From NCBI GenBank assembly GCA_002794465.1, contig MTSL01000022.1, forward strand, positions 1-12,082: DNA of 12,082 nucleotides, written 5' to 3'. Below are positions 1 through 7,200 of this stretch, in pieces. Position 1 is the first letter of the stretch, and every line of letters starts with the position of its first letter. The DNA is from Paramicrosporidium saccamoebae KSL3. Its lineage: Eukaryota; Fungi; Cryptomycota. The notes beneath the pieces are model-generated. The model saw nothing but the letters and a program-made list of their open reading frames with translations, searched no databases and had not been told where the DNA came from. The translations under genes were made by a program, and so were the position numbers.

Positions 1-2
1 CA

Positions 3-674
3 GCAAAACTCGTCTCTCTGTGGGTCGGGCTTGTTGTTCATCCATTCATCTTTTGGCTCGTCAAACGATTCCGTCTCCGCTCTGTCATCGCCCCCAAATT
101 CAAAATCATTGGGCCAGAACCGAAAGGTTATCCTGAGCGCTTGAAGTATCTCGGCTTCTTATATTCAGTTTGGGAACGCTACGATGACTTGTGTCTGTCG
201 TATTACCACTATAACGATGGTTTCTTTTGCCCCAGGAGACGGGGCGCCGCTCGTGCATTTTACATGGTATGTAATACATTTTCGGGTTGGCTCATCATCG
301 TCCTCACCGATGCTATTCCGATAGCGGCGTTAGTTGGATTGCTCTGTGCTGGCTACTTTCTCGGCATTGGTGCGCTCATATTCTTCTCTATGGGTCTCAT
401 TTTGGCATTCCAGCTGAAGGCTCTTCACCTCCGCTTTTTTGAAGCCAGCTACAAGTGGAGAGACGAGATGCTTCTGGGTGAAACGATCCGCACCACCAAG
501 CATCTTGGATTGATGGCCTGCATATTGGAAGGGCCGGATGGTGAGCTGTTTCTGGGGTTGGCCAAGTCTGTTGATTATGATCACTATAAGAGGTATTATT
601 GGTTGACGCCAGCAGGTGGAGGGGAATGTGAATGCTGTCCCTCTGCTTCACCTCTACCTCGGCTGAGAGTATGA
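3..674 (+). CDS. 3' part of a hypothetical multi-pass membrane protein (5'-truncated by the window edge)
   Basis: The frame of track ORF 141..674 is stop-free from base 3 (224 codons including the stop). Hydrophobic segments include SLWVGLVVHPFIFWLV and WLIIVLTDAIPIAALVGLLCAGYFLGIGALIFFSMGLILAF. AATAAA follows at 712-717. The in-register antisense frame has stops at 159, 165 and 330. No family recognised. Confidence 0.55.
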   Translation, partial: AKLVSLWVGLVVHPFIFWLVKRFRLRSVIAPKFKIIGPEPKGYPERLKYLGFLYSVWERYDDLCLSYYHYNDGFFCPRRRGAARAFYMVCNTFSGWLIIVLTDAIPIAALVGLLCAGYFLGIGALIFFSMGLILAFQLKALHLRFFEASYKWRDEMLLGETIRTTKHLGLMACILEGPDGELFLGLAKSVDYDHYKRYYWLTPAGGGECECCPSASPLPRLRV

Positions 675-849
675 TTTACTATAGACAATGCTTTTAAGAC
701 TCATACCCTTCAATAAATATGATTTGTAAAGAATTTAGCATACTACAGCGGAGAGTTCAAATCAGTACCAGTCATTCTGCCGCTGCTCGATAAAAAGCTT
801 GCCTTGGATACCACCAAGCCTCATCGCACCTCAGTTTTAGCCATCGGAG

Positions 850-1047
850 TGTCGCGTAGTGGGGGTAGTACCACGGACTTTGTCACTAGTACTTATTTGA
901 GAGGCAAAGGAACTCTTTTACTGTCAATGTAAAAGTCCTTTTATAGTCTTCCAAGTGGCATAGTCATAATCCTAAAGTGGTAAAGATATAGATCTCATAA
1001 TCTTCCATCGGTTGTCCCAATTATCCCTTCTCCAACTAGGGAACTAT
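850..1047 (+). repeat. Dispersed direct repeat, copy 1 (block A 850-885, block B 966-1047)
   Basis: Manual alignment to 11853-12058: block A 33/36 identical, block B about 70/83 columns identical. The spacer retains ACTTATT, GTCAAT and TTTATAGTCT. Confidence 0.9.
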
Positions 1048-1283
1048 TTCTAAAGAATGTGGTGATCAACCCTCTACATCATAGGAGCAGGCACGAATCT
1101 GACTTGACTAATAAAAACCCTGTTGTCGTCCCCTATAAACAGCCATCCAATATTTGGACCAGACAGTGTCTTTTAAATAACATTACCACTAGCGCCACCA
1201 AGCTCCTTCTGATGAGGTACTTGGCATTTCTACCTGTCAAAGGAGGTATGCTTATCCCAATATCAGTGCAGCTTCTCAGCTAT

Positions 1284-1465
1284 GCAGTCTCGCCTTTAAC
1301 ATAATCTGATTGAGTACTGGAAATTGCTCCGTCAGAGTTTATACTGTACGACTCGCATCGCCCAGCACCCCGTTGCTCCCATTTTGGGCGGCACATGCAA
1401 TGTTTATGACGTGGTCGGTGCGGGGTTGGGTCAGCTCGATATGCCCTTGTTGATGGGTCAAGTAG
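1284..1465 (-). pseudogene. GOS1: Degraded partial duplicate of GOS1 exon 2 (SNARE-motif region)
   Basis: 1284-1440 aligns with 3071-3236 at about 138/157 identical bases. CAG(Gln) has become a TAA stop at 1339-1341, and there are 2-nt and 7-nt deletions. Weaker similarity continues to about 1465. Confidence 0.9.
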
Positions 1466-1781
1466 CTCCCATCAGAAATAAAACTGTCGCTCTGGTGTCA
1501 GCTCAACGACCCGATTCTTGATCATGTCACTCATGTTATAACACTGCGTAACTTACCAGATATAAATGACTTTATCTCATGCGACTAAATTATGTGTCGG
1601 CATACTCATTATAATCAAGTGACTATTAAAGCGCAGCCAAGACATAGGTTTACCCTCAATTAGCAGCTTCACATCAGTAAAATAGTTGCAATCCAGTATA
1701 GCCGTGGACTTTACACATCCATCACGCAAGCAATTAGTTTAACCGATTTAAATCCAGCCAGGGTAGTGGTTTTTAGTGACC

Positions 1782-2816
1782 ATGTATCTGCTGTTCGTCT
1801 CGCTGTGTCTCTCCTTATTGCTAAAGTGCATCTCTGGAACTGAATTGAAGCTTTGCTCGTTGCTAAATGGCATTTCTGAGGCTCAATCAATGGTTTTCGC
1901 CGGAAGTGACCCTTACCAGGGATTTTCTGAAGAATGTACTCTGTGCGATTTTCAGGAAGTTGTTAAAGTGGCAATGGAGCATGGCGATGTCGATTTTCTT
2001 GAAGCAATCCCCTTTATGGGATCCGCTGAAAAGCGCGTATGGTATTTTGCCAAACACTATGGCACTATGTGGGGCATGGATCCTGAACTAATCTTGAGCG
2101 ATGACTTGGAGCAAAACGTCCCTGCTATTACATTTGCAGACAATCCTGCAGTTCTTCCTTTCTTGACAGAAAGTCTTAGGAGCATAGTGATGGACCCTGG
2201 AAATCTGCTACGATATGACGCTGCAAATCTTGCCTTTACTCTACCCGGCGGGCCCGAGTTACCTGCTCAAGGAGTAGAGCATCTGGCGGTTATTCGAAAT
2301 ATGAAACTGTTGAGGGAGCGTAAAAGGCGGGTACTTGTCACTCCCCTGACTGCGATCCAAAAGGATGACACCAAAGTTATTCGTTACTTTTTAAAATGTA
2401 ACAATTGGACGCCAGATCAGGCTTTTCTCTATGTGGCAATTGCTTGTAATGCATGGGAAAGTCTACTTGTTCTCTTGGAATGGATGAAAGAGGTGCCCTC
2501 TAACGGATTCATTATTCAACTGGTTAAGAGGGATCGTCTGGATGCCCTCAAAGCCATTCGCTCAATTAGTCCTGACTGGAAACCTAATTATGACCAATTT
2601 GACGCTGCCATTTCACACGGACATGTCGACATTTTGGAGTGGTGTGACTCAATCAACCTCAAAATAATCCCAAGCATGGAAGCGCTAAAAAGTGCTGTAG
2701 AATTGGGACAAGCAGAAGCTGTCATGCAGTTTCTGAGCACAAGCACCTCGGAGCAGTACCGTCGACTTGTCCCAATATTGAGTACGATCCAATCACTTAA
2801 GGAATCGCAAATTTAG
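1782..2816 (+). CDS. Putative secreted protein (344 aa) with degenerate 28-29-aa ankyrin-like helical repeats
   Basis: The first ATG is at 1782 (the track starts at GTG 1776). The N-terminus MYLLFVSLCLSLLLKCISG is signal-peptide-like. C-terminal repeats include TPLTAIQKDDTKVIRYFL, DAAISHGHVDILEW and KSAVELGQAEAVMQFL. AATAAA directly follows the stop (2817-2822). The ORF is well supported; the domain call is by eye. Confidence 0.7.
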   Translation: MYLLFVSLCLSLLLKCISGTELKLCSLLNGISEAQSMVFAGSDPYQGFSEECTLCDFQEVVKVAMEHGDVDFLEAIPFMGSAEKRVWYFAKHYGTMWGMDPELILSDDLEQNVPAITFADNPAVLPFLTESLRSIVMDPGNLLRYDAANLAFTLPGGPELPAQGVEHLAVIRNMKLLRERKRRVLVTPLTAIQKDDTKVIRYFLKCNNWTPDQAFLYVAIACNAWESLLVLLEWMKEVPSNGFIIQLVKRDRLDALKAIRSISPDWKPNYDQFDAAISHGHVDILEWCDSINLKIIPSMEALKSAVELGQAEAVMQFLSTSTSEQYRRLVPILSTIQSLKESQI

Positions 2817-2987
2817 AATAAACGCATGATGTGATAATTAAGGATAAATCTAGCGCGAGGAATTGAAAAGTGTGCCTCGCATAATCTGATAATGCAATCG
2901 ACGATCCAGGTTGTTGATTCGGCATTGTCTCCGACCAGAGCTACCTTCGAGGAACACGGATCCGCTAATTCCCACTATAGCTACGGT

Positions 2988-3726
2988 TTATTTGCGAGAA
3001 AGATAAATATACGTTAGGGCCAGAAGAATACCCACAAAAGAGGCCATAATGACTGTATCGCGTTTCTTTCGCAGTCTCACCTTTAGCATAATCTGATTGA
3101 GTACGGGAAATCGTTCCGTCAGAGTCTGCATTTTGCGATTCGCATCGCCTAATACTCCCCGTTGCTCCCGCATTCCATTTTGGGCGGCGTATGCAATGTT
3201 TATGACGTGGTCGGTGCGGGATTGGGCCAGCTCGATGCGCTCTTGTTCCTGGAGCAGATAGGAATGGGCGTCGGGGCGGTTGTAAGAGTTAATCTCTTCC
3301 CGAACCGACGAGACTAACTCGGCATGTTCCTTGGCTCCCACCAAATGCTCCTACTCGTTAGCAAATGCCTACATGTCTTACTTTGGTCTTTCTGAACTCG
3401 CCCGAGTATTCGGCCAAAATGTCACGATGTCTCTGCAATAAATGCAAATTGCCCGCTTCGGCGCCACGTCCAGCCAGTCCATCAACCACCTCACCCAGCC
3501 GCTTCAGCAACACTTCCAACTCACTAACCAGTCGTTCAGCCTGCCGGAGAGGCGAGTCGCTGGCCGGACGAAGACCGTCATAGCGATGACTGCGCAGGGC
3601 GGCCGAGGTGAGCCGACCCAAATGGAGGAGTTTGCTGTCAATCTCCGTTTCAGAATGTTTGGCCAGACGGGCGAGATCATCCCATGACAACGTGTCCAAG
3701 TCTACTGCGTTATTTGCAATTGGCAT
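2988..3726 (-). CDS. GOS1: Golgi Qb-SNARE Gos1/GOSR1, 235 aa; exon 1 3726..3382, exon 2 3350..2988
   Basis: N-terminus SWDDLARLAKHSETEIDSKL and LQRHRDILAEYSGEFRKTK. SNARE region LLQEQERIELAQSRTDHVINIAYA...QRGVLGDANRKM...RFPVLNQIMLKVRLRKKRDTVI, followed by a C-terminal TM anchor. The two track ORFs (3358..3726 and 2988..3344) join in frame across a GT-AG intron. Confidence 0.92.
3351..3381 (-). other. 31-nt spliceosomal intron of GOS1
   Basis: GTAAGACATGTAGGCATTTGCTAACGAGTAG: donor GTAAGA, branch GCTAAC, acceptor TAG. Removal restores the frame (...FRKTK|EHLVGAKEHAEL...) and removes an in-frame TAA. Confidence 0.9.
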
Positions 3727-4215
3727 CCGGGATGGACTAAAGCCAATCCTTCCTTTTTAGTAAACAGTAACAATTATTAATGCTAGAGTTCAAGTACCCA
3801 TAAAGCAATGTCCGCTGCCCATAAATGCAGTTTTACCCTTGAACTTTATAAGCGAGAGCTAAATTTATATGGTTGTGGTGGCCGAGATTCCTCCTTGTAC
3901 ATGACGGATCAGTTCGCCATGCAGCAGCCATGTATTAATCATATAGTAAGCATGTGCTAACCACGTAATAACCATGTATTGACCAGGTATTAATCATGTA
4001 GTAATCTTGTATTGGCCACGTAGTAACCATATAGTAAATATGTACCAACCACGTATTGACCACCCTCGACTCGACACGCCAGTAATGACCACGAATAGAT
4101 TAAGCCTCACAGTTCACAAAGATAAACCGCGCTCCTATGACTTGACAGACGGGAAATACAATAAATCTTTACTTTACTGAAGCGGACACCGGGGTCAAAA
4201 TTCTCATCCGGCGAA
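3727..4215. promoter_or_regulatory. Divergent promoter region shared by GOS1 and RPA190
   Basis: 489-bp interval between head-to-head start codons, with AT-rich patches at 3767-3781 and 4160-4176. Inferred from position only. Confidence 0.6.
3928..4063. repeat. Minisatellite: 12 contiguous 11-bp units plus a partial unit, consensus CCAYGTAKTAA
   Basis: Units start at 3928, 3939, 3950, 3961, 3972, 3983, 3994, 4005, 4016, 4027, 4038 and 4049 with no indels (e.g. CCATGTATTAA, CCACGTAATAA, CCACGTAGTAA, CCACGTATTGA). Confidence 0.92.
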
Positions 4216-7200
4216 ATGGATGTGACTCGGCCCACTCACCATGTGGTGCAACGGACGAGCTTCCATCTCTTGACGCCGGACCAGATTAGGAAATTATCAG
4301 TGAGGGCCATTACTAATCCGGAAATATTCGACCAGTTGAACCATCCAACCCGGGGCGGGCTCTACGACCCGGCACTGGGACCGGTAGACAAGGCGGGACG
4401 ATGTGGTACGTGTGGATTAGGCGCATTCCAGTGTCCAGGCCATTTTGGACATATTGACCTCGCTGTGCCGGTTTATGCGCCGCTGTTGTTTGCACAAATG
4501 TACCAACTGCTAAAGCAAACCTGTCTATACTGCCACCATTTTCGTTGCGGCCCCCTGAAGACGCAAGTATGTCTGCTAAAGCTGCAACTACTAGACGCAG
4601 GATTGTTGATAGAGACGAAGGAACTGGAGAATCTGATCCATCAACGTGGCGACATGGAGGATGGAGACGAGAAACAGGATGTCGACTCGATTCTGCTTCG
4701 ACTGCGCCAACATGTTCTGCAACTTCTTACCAAAGCCAAAGAAGAAAACGGATTTCGTCGCGGTACCCAGCCCAAAGACGGCGCAGTTTCAGAATATCGG
4801 ATGCGCGTAATTGGCGAATTTCTTAAACGCGCCTCTACCACCTCCAACGTCTGTCAGCATTGTCGCGGCTATATTCCAGCATTGTATCGCCATGCGGGCA
4901 CAAAGATTTTTGTGAACCCATTGCGAAAGAACCTGCAGGTGATGATGGATGCCAAGGGTATGGATGCAGAGCGCGTATTTGGAGACGACGATGAGCCCGA
5001 TGCCACGGCCGAGACGGTAAAGGGAATGAAATTCCTAACGCCCATGCACGTCTATGAACATTTGCGTCGTTTGTGGAAAAATGAGCATGTGCTCTGTCAG
5101 GCCATGTTTGGCTCACAATTGCGTCATCCACGTGCCACCCAAACCCTCTCTCCGGTGGATCATCGCATCTTTTTCTCCGAAGTGATTGCAGTGCCGCCCA
5201 CACGATTCCGTCCACCCAGTGTGTTTGGGGGTGACCAATTTGATCATCCACAGAACACTTATCTTGTGGAAATTATCCGTCAGAATCAGCGAATTATAGA
5301 ACTGCGGACATCCATGCAGGATGCCGGTAAGAAGCCTGAAAAGATGGAACAGATGGACACGGACAAGGCCACTGCTGCCTATCCCGCCTTTACCGAACTC
5401 ATCAAAACTTGGGTACAGCTGCAGGAGCAGGTGAATTTCCTCTTTGACTCGAGTCGCAATATTAGTGGAGGAAAGATCCCTCCCCCGGGAGTGAAGCAAA
5501 TTCTGGAGAAGAAAGAGGGACTCTTCCGTAAACATATGATGGGTAAGCGTGTGAATTACGCTGCCCGCTCTGTCATCTCACCCGATCCCAATATTGAGAC
5601 CAGTGAGATTGGTGTTCCCATGGTTTTTGCCAAGAAGCTCACCTATCCCGAACCCGTGACTGACTTTAATGTCGCGGAGCTGCGTCAGGCCGTCATCAAT
5701 GGTCCCGAAACCCATCCCGGAGCGGCATTAGTGCAGATGGAAGACGGTACCCTGGCCAACCTGGAAACAATGGACAAGTCGGCACGAATCGCATTGGCCA
5801 ATCAACTTTGCACACCCTCCACAAGTTTGCTGGTAGAGGGTGCAAATACGAGTGGATTGGGAGATCAGCCAATTGGAGGAAAGCGTGTGATGCGTCACAT
5901 CCGCAATGGCGATATTGTACTGATGAATCGACAACCGACATTGCATAAGCCATCGATCATGGCGCATCGTGTGCGAGTGTTACCTGGAGAAAAGACAATC
6001 CGTATGCACTACGCCAACTGCAACACCTTCAACGCCGACTTTGACGGCGATGAGATGAATATGCATTTTCCACAGAGCGAGTTGGGCAGGGCTGAGGCCT
6101 ATACCATTGCCAATACGAACAATCAATATTTGGTGCCTACCGATGGCAGTCCATTGAGAGGTCTGATTCAGGATCACATTGTCACTGGAGTCATTCTGAC
6201 CTTGAAAGACACTTGGCTCACCGAAGAGACCTATCAACAGCTATTATGGGGTGCTTTGCCCGAGACAGAAGCGCGTGTATTGACCATTCCTCCTGCTATT
6301 CTGAAACCACAGCCCTTATGGAGCGGTAAGCAAGTGATCACCACCGTACTGGCAAACTTGACTCATGGACGTGCTCCCCTGAACCTGACCTGCAACTGCA
6401 AGATTAGTGCTAAAATGTGGGGACCCAGCCATGCAGCTGAAGCCCAGGTGCAGGTGAGTGATGGCTATTTGGTGACGGGAGTGATGGATAAGAGTCAGTT
6501 TGGAGCCTCGGCCTATGGCATTACCCACGCCGTCTATGAGCTATATGGCCCCGATGCTGCCGGCTCTCTCCTTACCACGGTGGGACGACTATTAACCCGG
6601 TTTGATCAGTTCATTGGTTTTACCTGTCGTATGGACGATTTGCTTCTGAATGCGGCAGCCAATGATCGTAGACGCGCCCTCATCGATGCCTCCCATGCTT
6701 TGGGTAGACAGATCGTGGCCGAATATGGAAAGGTAGATGTGGATGATCGGGAGGAAGTATGTGGAGCCATGGAACGCATTCTGCGCTCTGATGAGCTGAT
6801 GAGGGGACTGGATGGAGTGATGAAGGTAAAGATGAACGAGCTGACCAGCAAGATTATCGAGACTTGTCTTCCGGATGGCCAACAGCGATTATTCCCCCTT
6901 AACAACATGTCTCTAATGACATTGTCGGGAGCAAAAGGATCAATGGTGAATTTCTCGCAGATTGCGGGATTGTTGGGCCAACAAGAGTTGGAGGGTCGAC
7001 GTGTGCCCACTATGGTGTCAGGCAAAACCCATCCCGCCTTTCCCGTCTTTGATCCCCGTGCCCGGGCAGGTGGCTACATTACTCAGCGTTTCTTGACGGG
7101 AATCCGTCCTCAGGAATTCTTCTTCCATTGCATGGCGGGACGTGAAGGATTGATTGATACGGCAGTAAAGACGAGTCGTTCCGGATATTTGCAGCGCTGT

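Noticed and set aside
267-324. Possible GTATGT...TAG intron in the left gene
   Set aside because: The frame is already open and removing 58 nt would shift it; no good branch point.
736-763. tRNA or SINE-like A/B boxes (TAGC...AGCGG, GTTCAAATC)
   Set aside because: The boxes are too close together, no cloverleaf forms, and the B-box is not present before repeat copy 2.
820-827. PAC-like motif CTCATCGC, plus partial AAAATT-CTCATC at 4197-4208 before RPA190
   Set aside because: The perfect copy is not near a ribosome-biogenesis promoter, and the RPA190 copy is only a partial short match.
859-890. Helitron-like 3' end (hairpin, 11 nt, CTAG|T) in repeat copy 1
   Set aside because: The stem is only 4 bp, CTAG is absent in copy 2, and homology continues beyond it.
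1284-1440. RIP-like mutation of the GOS1 duplicate (17 of 19 substitutions are transitions)
   Set aside because: Directions are balanced (8 C>T or G>A versus 9 T>C or A>G), which fits ordinary neutral decay.
1059-1521. ORFs 1059..1304 and 1324..1521
   Set aside because: Short, start at GTG or TTG, and overlap the antisense of the GOS1 pseudogene.
3928-4063. CRISPR-like array
   Set aside because: Units are contiguous 11-mers with no unique spacers, there are no cas genes, and the context is eukaryotic.
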